DNA of 64,000 bases from Mobula hypostoma (Eukaryota). The stretch spans positions 98,396,001 to 98,460,000 of the forward strand of contig NC_086097.1 of assembly GCF_963921235.1 (NCBI RefSeq), in the 5' to 3' direction. The position numbers and the translations under genes are program-made. Positions 37,703 to 50,884 of the stretch are shown piece by piece; within the stretch, counting starts at the first letter, position 1, and each line of letters begins with the position of its first letter. The notes under the pieces were generated by a model. It was not told the DNA's origin, made no database searches, and saw only the letters and a list, made by a program, of their open reading frames with translations.

Positions 37703-39417
37703 CAGTGGATTCTGGTTAATTGGGTCATTGGTTAATCGGGATGGCCACTTATTTGGGACAACTCTTCAAAGACACAAATAATTGGAAAAAATAGCTGTGA
37801 CTCCCTCCCTTTATTTGGGACATGATGCTGCTTAATCGGGGCACGGGAGTGTTGCCAAATAGTTTCTAACTAGTGTCAGATGTGAAACCCCCTTATATTG
37901 GGCGTCTCTGGAAACCCTCGCTATCAGCCACTAGATTCTGCGGTGATTAAACCCACCTTTCTCCGGCTTCGTACTTCTCGGATGTGTACAACTTTGGCCC
38001 CACCAAATCCGTGAGGTTGGGATGTCTCACTCGCCCAAACCCTGGTTTGTGTGAATGCTGTGTGATTTACTGCCCCCGACATGAAATAGATTGTACACTG
38101 CATACAATTTAAAAGGTATACTTAAGAATGTTAATTTAAACAGTTATTAAATGGGGAAAAAAAAACAAAAAGAGCCCATTACTCTTAAATAGTCAAATGT
38201 GCACTTAAGTTGGAGCTCATCTTGAACTTGTCTGTCACTTGTGTGCTGGAGCTCCCGCTTCCAAACGTTGCTCAAAATTCACCTTGAACAAATGTGTCTC
38301 CAAAGGGAGTACAGGTTCTTCCTTCTTGAAGTCATTCATCTGCACAAAGCACCTTATGCAACAGGGACAGCATCCTCAGCCATATTTTCCCCCTGTCTTC
38401 TTCCAGCTCTCACCAAGTCCTTCAACCCAGCATTCTCCAGAACCTTCTCCCAATTCCACTATCTTGATTGGCTGACAGCACATTCCTAAGTTGAATAACA
38501 AGCCTCTTGTCTTAGCTCAAGCCCAAACAAGCTGAAAGCAGAACAGACTACTCTTATAGAACTGCTAAAATAAAATACCTACAGTATTTTACTATAGCAG
38601 AAAAAATCTTAACCAGGGCATCACAGATGCATTCTCTTGTGTGGCCATTAGACATGACACTGTGCTTCAGGTGAATAGTTTGTAAACAGTTGTGTATATG
38701 TCAATGGTGAGTGTGTGTGTCTTCAAAAAAAATGATTTTTGTCACTAATGGTGAGAAATAAGCGGTAAGAAAATTGAGAACTGTTTTGCTCACTGTGGTT
38801 TCAAGCATTCAGCCTTGGAGATGCCAGAAATGGCTGGAAGTGAAAATGAAATCATTTCACTATTTCAACAAGTTTGGAACTATGAAGAATTTGAAGGTAT
38901 CGAGAGTTATCTTGAATGTTACAATGAGAGTAAAGATTTGAAGGATGCACTTGTCTACAGCATTGTATGAAGGGAGTCTATTATCCGCACTAGGCTCCGC
39001 TGATTTTGTTCATTTATAGTCAAAAGAACTCGACACAGATGAGTTCCTCTGTCAATAAGTATTAGGAACTAATACATAGTTTTATAGTCCTGTAGTAGTA
39101 TTGGTAGTGTTCTGATGTACTCTGTATTTCATTTAAATACATAATTTGTTACTTAGTTTGCCTACCTTTTTCAATACCTTTTAAATACCTTTTTCAACTT
39201 GATAGTTTTCTGAGAGGTCAGGGCATCAAAGGATATGGCAAGAAGGCAGGTATATGGGGTTGAGTGTGATCTGGGATCAGACATGATAGAATGGTGTAGC
39301 AGACTTGATGGGCTGAATGTCTAATTTTGCTCCCATATTTTATGGTCTAAACTGTTTTCTTTAAATTTTGGCTAATTGATCCAAAATGTACTGATTCCAA
39401 ATAACTGGAATCCACTA
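37703..39417. mobile_element. Tigger-like non-autonomous element (cagtggattc...gaatccact), interrupted by a solo LTR
   Basis: ta|cagtggattctggttaattggg at left, ccaaataactggaatccact at right; same family as 52314-53123. Confidence 0.7.
37883..38625. mobile_element. Probable solo LTR
   Basis: TG...CA ends with short inverted termini (tgtgaaaccc / gggcatcaca), 4-bp TSD gatg; absent from the sister copy of the host element at ~52450. Confidence 0.7.
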
Positions 39418-40521
39418 TTATTAATGTCAGCATATTGCTATATCTGTAGCAATCTGAGGTTCTGACAAATCTGTAGTAATGTTACCACTATGTAGGTGGA
39501 GTGTGTTACTACCATGTAGGTGGGGTTAATACACAATTGAGATATATGTGATTTAGGATCTTTATGGAATTATCCACTTGAAATTATGTACTCTGAGAAT
39601 CACCTTTTCAAAAGATCTGGTTGAGGTGGCTGAAGTACTGAAGTTGATGGTTATAGTCCATTGTAGTTGATGGCTTGAGTCTTGTTGATCCAAGACTAAA
39701 AAAGATAACCCTTCACATAAATAGATGTAAAATTTCCAAGGGAAGTGATGGTTGAAAGTTTCAAGTTTAGGAACTAGCTTAAAGTATCTGGGAGATAATG
39801 TTGAAGATAAGGGGTTTGAGCTTTAGAGAAGAAAGATGCAGTTGGAAATTGTACAGGACTGCATGGGAAATAAAGTTTGAGGGTGACAGTAGGAAGAAGA
39901 AAAGTTATAAACTGGGACACATGTCTTCTATGTGATAGCTCTTAGGACATCATTGCCTGTGCATTTTATTTTTTTTTAAGTTTTATTTTTATTTGGATAA
40001 GGAGTTCACAATTATCATGTACTTTTTTCACACATATAACCTTTTCCATTTTTTTATATGTATAAAACTACAATTATTTATACAATCTTAAGTACACATT
40101 GAGATGATATAAAAGCAAAATAAACATTTAAATAGATAATTATATACTGTGGTAAATCTAACCTATTAGGCTAAGTAATGAAATTAGTTGTTAAGAAAAA
40201 TGGTAATAATAGTTTCCATACAACCCTTCTGGACCATTTCCACTGGTCCAAAATGTTGCATACAAGCCTATATACCAACCATTGTAGGTGTTTATATCCC
40301 AATTTGTTCGTGCTTGTTCCTGCCCGCAGACATAATAGTTAATTTTCTACAGTCTCATGTAGCTTGGCATAATAAAGCATTAATAAATAGTTTTGTGGTA
40401 GAGACCCTGAAGCACAGTTGAAAGTCTTCTCTAAAATGGCAGTTAACCATTGAGATGGGCTTGTGATGCTTTGTCAAGCATTGTTTGGGAATAATAACAT
40501 GCATGTTTTTTAATTTTACAG

Positions 40522-40589
40522 ATAGCGAATATTATAAAGCACAGGCACTGAAGAATGCAGAAGATGCTTTTCGAGTGCAACAGGACAGA
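40522..40589 (+). CDS. INO80: INO80 coding exon
   Basis: ttacag| ... |gtaagt; (D)SEYYKAQALKNAEDAFRVQQDR. Confidence 0.95.
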
Positions 40590-42647
40590 GTAAGTGTCTT
40601 GGGTCTTAAGTATACAGAACTAATTCATTATGTTCAAGTTTTGATAAGTAGTCTCGTCCTTGGTTGATGAGAATATCTAACAGTAGCACTGTATTTTCTC
40701 CGAACTTATTTTGATAGAATTCAAAACTAAACTTGGATTGGATTGCTGATCGCTCATGAAATGTGCAGGTGCTGAAGAATTGGGAAGGGGGATTGTATTG
40801 GGGCTATGGATGCTAATATGAACTCATGGTGCTTTGGTTAAGTACCTTAGTAATTTAGCCCTACAATGTCATCTATCTGAATTGCATGAGTGCATCTTTT
40901 TTTGACGGTTAACAGGGCATGAGAAAATCATCATATGTTGTGCTTAAATTAACATGACTTCATGAAAAGGAACTGTTTTGGCAAGTGAGTTTTTTTAAAG
41001 TTATGAAAGTAACTAAGAGGAGCATGATACTGTTCTTGTACAGAGCCATAAGAGATAACTATACAAGATAAAGGCTTCTGACTTTGAGGATAATATATGA
41101 TAGGGAATTGATTGGTCCTATTAAAATGTGAAGGGATAAGCATGTCATTTTCAGATTGGCAATTCATAACTAAAGTGTCGGTGATCAGTGCTGTGCAGCA
41201 TTCATTTAAGGTTTTTATTAATGAAGTAGCAGGGACTGATTGTATTTACATTTCCAGATAATTAAAGGATACCTGGGAGGGTAAATTGTAAGGAGGCAGT
41301 GTTTGCAAAAGGGTTTAGATAAAAATGGCCGGTGGAGTGTAATGTGAGTGTGACATTATCCTCACTCTTCAAACTTTTTACAAAACGAAAAGAGGCCATT
41401 TGGCTGATCAACAATCCCATTTCCTCACTTTGCTCCTTGTAACTGTGCTCTTTACCTCCCCCCACCCCCCTTTTGCTTATCAGTACCACCCTGACTCCTA
41501 CTATCTGTAAAACTGGGGGAAAAAAGTATCAAACCAAGAGGAAAATACAAAGATGGGTGGCAGGTCTGAAACAGCAAAGAATTCAAATGTTAATTACAAA
41601 TTTAAAAAATGTAAACAAAATATTCAGCTAAGTAAAAATAAAAATTGGATCAGAAGTTTCTGCAGATATTTTAATCTTAAATAAGCATTGGTCCTATTAA
41701 ACATGAATGTGGAGAATAATGGAAAATGTGCTCTGTCAGATGAATTAAACATGTTCTTTGCATCAGCCTCAGAATACATGATATAACTAATGTCACTTCA
41801 GGCAAATTACATTCTCTAGGAAAATGGTAGTATACAAATAGTTGGAGCTGCTCCTTGGTAAGTCTTTAGTTGTAATGGATCTTAAAGATGTAGCTGTTGA
41901 GATATGGTAGTTGATGAATTTGCTTTAATTTCTAAATTTCTTCTGATTTGGGGATGTTTTTGTTGAAGCAGAAAAAATGCAAGTGCCATACTTGCTCGTA
42001 ACTCAAAAAGGACTAGAATCAGGAAACTGAAGGCTAGTTAACTGAATATCTCTCAAAACAAAAATTGGAGGCTGTTATTAATTGGGGTAATCATGAAAGT
42101 TGACATGACTTATGAAAAAGTAATTGTCTAATTTTCTGGAGTGTTTTTTTTTAAAATAAGATGTAATTTGTGTAAATGAGAACCAGTTGATGTACTAAGC
42201 CTTCTGAAAGGCACTTGGCTAAGATTCATGTTAAATATTATTGTGAGAAATATAAAACTCATGATAATGGAGGTAGGGAACTGGCAGTGTAGAAGATTGC
42301 CTGCAACAGGAAAGAATAGGCATAGTTGTGTCTTTATGGTTGGCAATATGTAGCCAATGATATGTCATAGGGACTGAGTGCTGAACTCGTGCAACTTATG
42401 AACTAACATGGATGAAAGGGCTAAAGATATGGATTTAAATTTGCTAATGCTATATGGACAAGTAACCAAGTAAATTGTGAAGACTGTGAGGAGGCTACAA
42501 AAGGATGCAGGTGGGATAAGAGTATGGACGACGATCTAGTAAAATGGAGTATAATGTATGAAAGTAGGAAATGTTCATCATGGTCAAGAATAAGGGAGGT
42601 GAATCTTAAAATCTGAGATGCCTCTCACTGTGTTCTTTTGTTTACAG

Positions 42648-42857
42648 ACCCGGCTATTTGATGAAGAGGCAAAGGAGAGCCGCATGGCTGCACTTCGTGC
42701 AGCTAATGAGTCTGGGACTGGCTTTGGGGAGAGTTACAGTTTGGCTAACCCCTCCATTCGGGCTGGTGAAGATATCCCTCAACCTTCTATGTTCAATGGC
42801 AAACTCAAAGCCTACCAACTGAAAGGCATGAATTGGCTTGCTAATCTCTATGAACAG
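42648..42857 (+). CDS. INO80: INO80 coding exon (entry to Snf2 ATPase, Q-motif)
   Basis: ttacag| ... |gtaaat; [70 protein letters not shown]. Confidence 0.98.
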
Positions 42858-43036
42858 GTAAATTTGGTTGTACTAATAGATACGTGTGCTTACACAACCA
42901 GATGCAGGTGTAATTCACAATATCAGTGAGTCTATACGTGAGCAGCGGTGAGTACATATGTAACTTGGCACTCGGGATGTATTCTAAGGAATGAGAATTC
43001 TAAGGGCATGAGTGACATAAGGGTCATTATATATAT

Positions 43037-43202
43037 ATAGCAGCATGAAGCAAGACAAAGGGAGGGCTTCCAAACAGACTCCTAGCAAAACAGCGCCTTT
43101 AATATATATATATATATAATATAGAGAAATCTATTGGTAAAGGCGCTGTTCTGCTCGGAGTCTGTTTGGAAGCCCTCCCTTTGTCTTGCTTCATGCTGCT
43201 AT
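43037..43202. repeat. 65-bp near-perfect inverted repeat
   Basis: 43037-43101 vs 43138-43202, 2 mismatches, 36-nt AT-rich loop. Confidence 0.95.
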
Positions 43203-43812
43203 GTTGAGAACCTGGGTATCAGGAATGTTGCATGAGACCTTACTCTCCCTTTTGCTACATCTGCGGCAGTGAATCAGTCCATGGATTAACATGGAGGCTG
43301 CCTGTCAGGGGTGATATTGGGCTGACTGGGCTCAATGCTGACATGAGGGCATCAGAGCTGTACCTTGGCTGGCATGTTGTGTGCAGAATATTGCTACAAC
43401 AGGTCTGCATGTTGACAGACCACCCTCTTTCTCTTCCATTGCTGTCTTCCTGTCTCTATCCATATAGCCCTTCATGGCTTATAATCTCTTTGCTCAATGG
43501 CTGATGACCATTGCTGCGTTTGTTACCATACAGTATTCTCTGGACAAGGGAGAGCTCGTGGCATAGTGTTTCTTATATCAAGCAAGAGGCAATGATGAAG
43601 AGTGCAGCCTCCTTGCACAGAGCTTGCTGAAGTGCCAGTGCAGGGGGCAGTGATTTGTGTGAACTTCCTGGCATAGTAGTGGGAGGGCAGCTGTACGCTT
43701 TGGTATCCTGGCACAGCATAAAGTCCAAGAAGTGTGTATGTTATTTGGGTGTATGTTCTCATTCCACAACTAAAAGTGCTTCAGAAATCAGTGCCCAAAT
43801 ACCAGTGTAGTA

Positions 43813-45298
43813 CAGGTGTCCCCCGCTTTTCGAACATTCGCTTTACGAAACCTCACTGTTACGAAAGACCTATATTAGTTACCTGTTTTCGCTAACAGAA
43901 GGTGTTTTCACTGTTACGAAAAAAGGCAGCGCGCAGAAAAGGCAGCGCACGAATAAAAAGCAGCGCACGATAAAAGGCAGCGCACTCTCCCCCGGATTCG
44001 GAACTGCATTCTCGCTGGCATTGCTTAAACACGTGTCTGTGAACAGCCGTTAGCAAGCTGAGTTCTAAGGTATTGGAAAAGCCTAAAAGAGCTCGTAAAG
44101 GTGTTACACTTAGTGTAAAACTAGACATAATTAAGCGTTTCGATCGTGGTGAATGAAGCAAGGACAAAGTGAGTTTGGCTTGTAGAAATTGACGAAGATG
44201 ATGTTGAAGAGGTTTTGGCATCCCATCACCAAGAACTGATAGATGAAGAGCTGATGCAATTGGAAGAAAAAAGGATAACAATCGAAACCGAATGAGTAAT
44301 AATAAAGTACGACTTTAATTTTGAAAGGGTACGCCGGTTTAGGGCATATTTACAGGATGGTTTGAGTGCTTACAAAAGAACTGTATGATCTAAAAATGCA
44401 CGAGGCTAAGCAGTCAAGCAAGCCTTCCACATCAGCCACAGCAGACGACGAACCTCGACCTTCGACATTGTGGCAGGCAGGCATAGAAGAATATGACCTG
44501 CCTGCCCTGATGGAAACAGACGACACCCCCAGTGTTCCACCGCCCCAACCCCCGGGCCACGGACAGATACCGATCCGCGAAGAATGCAGCGGTAACCGGG
44601 AGATACCCAGCACATCTTTAAGAAAAAAAGCCGAAATAAGCAAGCTAATTAATTACGTGCCGGGTGGCACCTAATTAATTAGCTTGTTTATTTTGGCTTT
44701 TTTCTTAAAGATGTGCTGAGTGTGTTCCATCTACTGCAGTACCACTGCATGCTTCACGAATCGGTATCAGTTCGCTGCCCAGAGGGTGGGGGCCACTGCA
44801 CCACCCCAACCTCCAACTACTCAGCCTAACACACCATCATCAGTGTGCTCGATGTCTTCCCGATTCCCGTAAGTGATACTACACTGTACATACATTATTT
44901 CTACTTTATATAGGCTGTGTATTTTTACGTGTTGTTTGGTATGATTTGGCAGCTTCATAGCTTAAAGGTTACTGGAGAGCACTTGCACTGTGTTTTTGCT
45001 GACGGCGCTTGCGTGAGATTTTCGCTACGAGGAACAGTGGAGGCAATGATTGTGGAAAAGTATTTCTACTTTATATAGACTGTGTATTCATCATATCATT
45101 CCTGCTTTTACTATATATTACTGTTATTTGAGGTTTTATGTGTTATTTGGCGTGATTTGGTAGGTTATTTTTGGGTCTGCGAACGCTCACAAATTTTTCC
45201 CATATAAATTAATGCTAATTGCTTCTTCACTTTATGACGTTCTGGCTTACGAATCGTTTCATAAGAACGCTCTACCTTCGGATGGCGGGGGAAACCTG
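43813..45298 (+). mobile_element. Tigger-like non-autonomous element, copy 1
   Basis: TA TSDs; TIRs caggtgtcccccgc / caggtttcccccgc; transposase remnants KPKRARKGVTLSVKLDIIKRFDRGE and DEDDVEEVLASHHQELIDEELMQLEE. Confidence 0.88.
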
Positions 45299-45351
45299 TA
45301 CACAAGCAGAGATAGCTACTTTTATCCTTGACCCTACACCATCTTAATATA

Positions 45352-45893
45352 CACTGAGTGGCTACTTTATTAGTACAGCTGTGTATCTGCACATTAGTGC
45401 AAATATCTAATCGGCCAATCATGTGGTAGCAACTCAGAAGTATGCAGTCATGGTCAAGAGGTTCAGGTGTTCAGACCAAACATCAGAAAGGGGAAGAAAC
45501 GTGATCTAAGAGATTTGCTGTGGAGTGATTGTTGGTGCCATAAGGGGTGCTTTGAGTATCTCAGAAACTGTTGATCTGGTATTTTCATACATAAGTCTAG
45601 AGTTTACAGAGAATGGTGTGAGAAACAAAAAACATCTGACAAGCAGCAGTTCTAAGGGTGAAAACACCTTGTAATGAGAAGTCAGAGGAGAACAGCCGGA
45701 CTGGTTCAAACTGAGAGGAAGGCGACAGTAACTCAAATAACTAAGTGTTACAACAATGTTGTGTGTTCAGAGATGCTCTTGTGTGTCACATGTCGAATCT
45801 TGAAGCAGATGGGCTATACAGAAGGCCATAAACATGCACTCAGTAGCCACTTTATTATGTACAGAAGGTACTGAATAAAGTATCCTCTGAATG
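45352..45893 (+). mobile_element. Tc1-like non-autonomous element
   Basis: ta|cactgagtggctactttatt ... aataaagtatcctctgaatg|ta; remnant of a Tc1 N-terminus (GKKRDLRDL..IVGAIRGALSISETVD, frameshifted). Confidence 0.7.
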
Positions 45894-45969
45894 TATTATA
45901 TTTTGAATTTGCAAGGATGGGACTACTCAGCAACTAAAGATGGTTCACCCTTGGATTTTTTTTTTATCA

Positions 45970-46460
45970 TTTAGACCACAAGACTTGGAGCGGAAGTAGG
46001 CTGTTCAGCCCATTGTGTCTGCTCTGCCATTCTATCATGGCTGATTTATATTTTCTCAACCCGATTTTCCTGCCTTCACCCTGTAACTTTTTGGCACTTT
46101 GACTAATCAAGAACCTATCAACCTCTGCTTTAAATATACCCAATGACTTGGCCTCCACAGTAGTCTATGGCAGTGAATTCTCCCCATTAAATGCTCCTTG
46201 TATGTTAATGTTTTCATTCCTGGAATCATTCTCGTGAACTTCCTCTGGACCCTCTCCAATGCCAGCACATCCTTCCTTAGATAAGGGGCACAGAACCGCG
46301 CACAATACTCCAAGTGCAGTCTGACCAATGCCATATAATGCCTTAGCATTATATCCTTACTCTTCTAGTCCTCTTGTCATGAATGCTATAATTGCATTTG
46401 CCTTCCTTACCACTGACTTAACCTGCAAGTTAACCTTGGGGGAATTGTGAACAAGGATTC
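45970..46460 (-). mobile_element. CR1 LINE 3' fragment
   Basis: LVRLHLEYCARFCAPYLRKDVLALERVQRKFTRMIPG. Confidence 0.85.
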
Positions 46461-46609
46461 CATCCACTTATTTGCACAGTGGTGACGTGGTTTGAGATCT
46501 TGGTGATGAAACATAAACACTTCTGCCTGAAAAGCAACTTCGATCTGCTCCAATTTGTCAACATGAGTAACAGGTTCACTCAACCCTGAAACATTTGAAT
46601 AGCAAAGAT

Positions 46610-47550
46610 GCATACATTAGGATGCTCTCTATCAACTACAGTGAAGCACTCAATACTCTCATCCCTCCAACTAATCAATGAGCTTAATACCTCCTTGTGC
46701 AATTGGATCCTGGATTTCTTCACTTGTAAACCCCAGTCAGTTCAGACTGGCAACAACATCTCCACCGTGATCTCTATCAACTCTACTCACTTTATGCTTA
46801 TGATTGTGACTAAGCACAGCTCCAATGTCATATTCAAGTTTGCCGATGACACCACTACCGTAGGCCGAATCTAAAATGGTGATGAGTCAGCATGTGGGAA
46901 GGAGAATTTAAATTTGACTGAGTGGTGCCATAACAACAATCTTTTACTCAGTGTCATCAAGGCCAAGGAACTGATTATAGAGTTTAGGAAGGGAAACTAG
47001 AGGTCCATGACCCTGTCCTCACTGGAGGATCAGAGGCAAAGGGGGTTAGCAACAATAAATACCAATGTGTTATGCTTTCAGAGGATCTGTCCTGTGCCCA
47101 GCATGTAAATGCATTACAAAGAAAACAGGACAACACTTCTACTTCCTTTGGAGTTTCTGGAGATTCAGCATTGCATCTAAAACTTTGCCAAACTTCTATA
47201 GATGTGTGGTGGAGAGTACATTGACTGGCTCATCACAGCCTGGTATGAATCCACGAATGCCCTTGAACAGACAATTCTACGAAAAGTAGTAGATACACCA
47301 CAGTCCACACCGATAAAGCTCTCCCAACCTTTGAGCACATCTCCATGAAACGCTCTAACAGGAAAGCAGCATCCATCATCAGGGATTCCCACCACCTAGC
47401 ACATGCTGTCTTCTCGCTGCTGCCATCAGGAAGAAGCTACCTGCGCTTCAGAACTGACACTACCAGGCTTAGGAACAGTTACTACCCCTCAACCATCAGG
47501 CTCTTGAACAAGTGGACTCACTTTCAAGGATGCTTCATCTCATGTTCTCT
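46610..47550 (+). mobile_element. Rex/Babar-like LINE fragment
   Basis: LCNWILDFFTCKPQSV, IFKFADDTTTVGRI, LLPSGRSY..RLRNSYYPSTIRLLN. Confidence 0.8.
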
Positions 47551-49160
47551 ATTTATAAGACCATAAGATACAGGAGCAGAATTATACTATTTGGCCAATG
47601 AAGTCTGCTCTGCCATTTCATCATGGGTGATCCATTTTCCCCTCAGCACCAATTTCCTGCTTTCTCCCCATATCCTTTCATGGCTTGACTAATCAAGAAA
47701 CTATCAACCTCTGCCTTAAATATACCCAATGACTTGGCCTTCACAGCCGCCTGTGGCAACAAATTACATAGATTCACCAACCTGGCTAAAGAAATTTCCC
47801 CTCATCTCCATTCTAAAAGGACACCCTCTATTCTGAAGCTGTGTCCTCTGATCTTAGACTTCCCCACCATAGGAAACATATCCACATCCACTCTATTGAG
47901 GCCTTTCACCATTTGATAGGTTTCAATGAGGTCCTCCTTCATTCTTCTGAATTCCAGTGAATGCAGGCCCAGAGCCATTAAGTGCTCCTCATATGATAAG
48001 CCTTTCAATCCCAGAATCATTTTCGTAAATCTTTGAAATCTCGCCAATATCATCACACCCTTTATTAGATAGAGGGCTCAAAACTGCTCACAGTACTCTA
48101 AATGAGGCCTCACCTGTGCTTTATAAAGCCTCAATATTACGTCCTCGCTCTTATATTCTCGCCCCCTCGAAATGAATGCGAACATCGTGTTTGCCTTCCT
48201 CACCACAGGCTTAACCTGCAAACTAACCTTTAGGGAATCGTGCACGAGGGCTCCAAAGTCCCTTTGCACCTCAGATTTTTGTATTTCTCTCCATTTAGAA
48301 AAAGTCTACACTTTTATTTCTTCTACCAAAGTGCATGACCATACACTTTCCAACACTGTATTCCATCTGCCACTTCTTCGCCCATTCTGCTAATCTAAGT
48401 CCTACTGTAGCCACTTTACTTTCTTAAAACCACCTGCTCCTCCTCCTATTTTCGAATTGACTGCAAAATTGGCCACAAACCCATGAATTTCATCATCCAA
48501 ATCATTGACAGATAACATGAAAAGAAGCGCTCCCAACACAGATCCCTCTGGAACACCATTAGTCACTGGCAGCCAACCAGAAAAGGCCTCTCTTTGCCAC
48601 CTGCCAGTCAGCCAATCTTCTATCCATGCTTGTATCTTTCCTGTAATACCATGGGTTCTTTTCTTGTTAAGCAGTCTTGTCTGTGGTACCTTGTTAAAGA
48701 CCATCTGAAAATCCAAGTACACAAAATCCACCAATTTCCCTTTATCTATCCTGCTTGTTATTCAAAGATTTCCAACAGATTTTTCATGCAAGATTTTCCA
48801 TTAGGGAAACCATGTTGACTATGGCATACTTTATCATGCTTCTCCAAGTACCCCGAAACCTCATCCTTATGAACTCCAACACCTTCCCGACCGCTGATGT
48901 CAGGCTAACTGGCTTATAAATTCCTTTCTTCTGTCTCCCTCCCATCTTGAAGAGAAGAGCGATAATTACAATTTTGCAGTCCTCTGGAATCATTCCAGAA
49001 TCTTGTGATTTTTGGAAAGATCATTAGTAATGCCTCCAGTCTTTTCAGCCACCTCTTTCAGAACCCTAGGTGTCATCCATCTGTTCCAGGTGATTTATCT
49101 ATGTTACTTACAACACGCTGGAGGAACTCAGCAGGTCGGACAGCATCCGTGGAAACAATC

Positions 49161-49196
49161 AGTCAACGTTTTGGGCCGGAACCCTTCGTCAGGACT
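49161..49196 (-). ncRNA. Hammerhead motif, probably inactive (GAAA>AAAA)
   Basis: Reverse complement: AGTC-CTGACGA-A-GGG TTCCGG CCC-AAAAC-GTT-GACT. Confidence 0.65.
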
Positions 49197-49515
49197 GAAG
49201 AGAGAAGGGGCAGAGGCCCTATAAAGAAGGTGGGGGGAGGGTGGGAAGGAGAAGGCTGGTAGGTGCCAGGTGAAAAACCAGTAAGGGGAAAGATAAAGGG
49301 GTGGCGGAGGGGAAGCAGGGAGGGGATAGGCAGGAAAGGTGAAGGACCTCCAGTGTGTTGTGATCCTTCTTCACCTTTCCTGCCTATTCCCTCCCTGCTT
49401 CCCTCCCCCACCCCTTTATCTTTCCCCTTACTGGTTTTTCACCTGGAACCTACCAGCCGCCTCCTTCCCACCCTCCCCCCACCTTCTTTATAGGGCCTCT
49501 GCCCCTTTCCTCTTC

Positions 49516-49551
49516 AGACCTGACAAAGGGTTCCCGCTGGAAACGTTGACT
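49516..49551 (+). ncRNA. Degenerate hammerhead motif
   Basis: AGAC-CTGACAA-AGGGTTCCCGCTG-GAAAC-GTT-GACT; core and stems mutated. Confidence 0.55.
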
Positions 49552-50250
49552 GATCGTTTCCATGGATGCTGCCCGACCTGCTGAGTTCCTCCAGCGTGTT
49601 GTGAGTGTTGCTTTGACCGAAGCACCTGCAGAATATTTTGTGTTTATGATTTATCTACGTTCACACCTTTCAGCTTCACGAACACCTTCTCCCGATATAT
49701 GGCTAGCAACCGTACTCCCTTCTAGCCATTGGCACTCTCGAACTTCCAGTACACTACTGCTGTGTTCCACAATGAAGACTGATACAAAATTCATCTGCCT
49801 TTTTTTTGTACCCCTTTACTACCTCTCCAGAACCATTTTTCAGCAGTCTAGTGTTCAGTATTTCCTCTCTTACCCTTTATATATTTGAAAAACTTTTTGT
49901 ATCCTCTTAGATATTTCTGCCTAGCTTACCTTCATATTTTATGGCTTTTTTGGTTGCCTTCTGTTGTGTTTTTTTTTTAAAGGTTCCTATTCCTCTTTGA
50001 TTTCTATTAACTGCTACTCCTTAATTAACCTTTAAACCTCACAATTTTCTCTCCTTGACAGACTTTTTTAATAGCTATTATCCGCAACATTTGGCTGTTT
50101 GAAAGCAATGGTTACCATTATTGTGTGCTTGTATTCTACCAAATGATTGTAATGAGATCCAATTAATTATTAATATCTGTTTGATATGTGTACATTTGAC
50201 TCATTGATAACTTGAGCTCACTTTTTAAGTTCTTTCTCTTCTTCTGCCAG

Positions 50251-50331
50251 GGCATTAATGGGATCCTTGCTGATGAAATGGGGCTCGGTAAAACAGTGCA
50301 GAGCATTGCTTTCTTAGCACATCTAGCGGAG
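50251..50331 (+). CDS. INO80: INO80 coding exon (Snf2 motif I / Walker A)
   Basis: tgccag| ... |gtgaga; [27 protein letters not shown]. Confidence 0.98.
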
Positions 50332-50884
50332 GTGAGATTTATGTTGTTTGACAATTTGAAGAATCTTCACAGAATGCTGCAGTGTACAGCTTTAGATAAA
50401 TTCTGGTAGCAAATTTGATATTTAGGGACTCTGCCTACCATCCATTTTCCTTGTACCCCTTTGTAGGACTTACTGTTAATTACCATTTAATGTAAATGTA
50501 TTCTTGAACTGTTATGCCTCTTTAGAAACAATTGAGTGTCACATAAACCACATGGATATAGAGAGTAAACAACATCCCGGTGAATCTTCGCTGCACTTTA
50601 CTGTTAAAAGTGTCACTATCCTCTTAGTTATCCATGGTACAATGCCTTAAACCAACTACATTCATCATCCAAATATCTTCCAATAGATACATCTGTAAAT
50701 ACCCCCCTTGTTTACCTACCTGTCAACTTTAACATCGGACCCTCAGCACATTTTTCAGTACATTAATGTTTTTATTGGTGCTGCATTCTCTACTGATGCA
50801 GCACTTATCAATTTTATTACTTTTGAGGTCAGTTTCCATCCAGCCCTCATCTTCACATGATCAATCTGAACTTTTCTGGATCTC

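Larger units (their letters stand above)
49106..49646. mobile_element. Fold-back PLE-derived insertion inside a CR1 LINE
   Basis: ~240-bp inverted arms with degenerate hammerheads; 15-bp TSD tgatttatctatgtt (49091-49105) / tgatttatctacgtt (49647-49661). Confidence 0.85.
47555..49980 (-). mobile_element. CR1 LINE fragment (hosts the PLE insertion at 49106-49646)
   Basis: YKPVSLTSAVGKVLE, VYLDFQMVFNKVP, VPEGSVLGALLF, VRPHLEYC. Confidence 0.85.

Noticed and set aside
39965..40330. Poly-T-headed segment, possible minus-strand LINE 3' end
   Set aside because: No recognisable protein motif or TSD, so it could not be classified.
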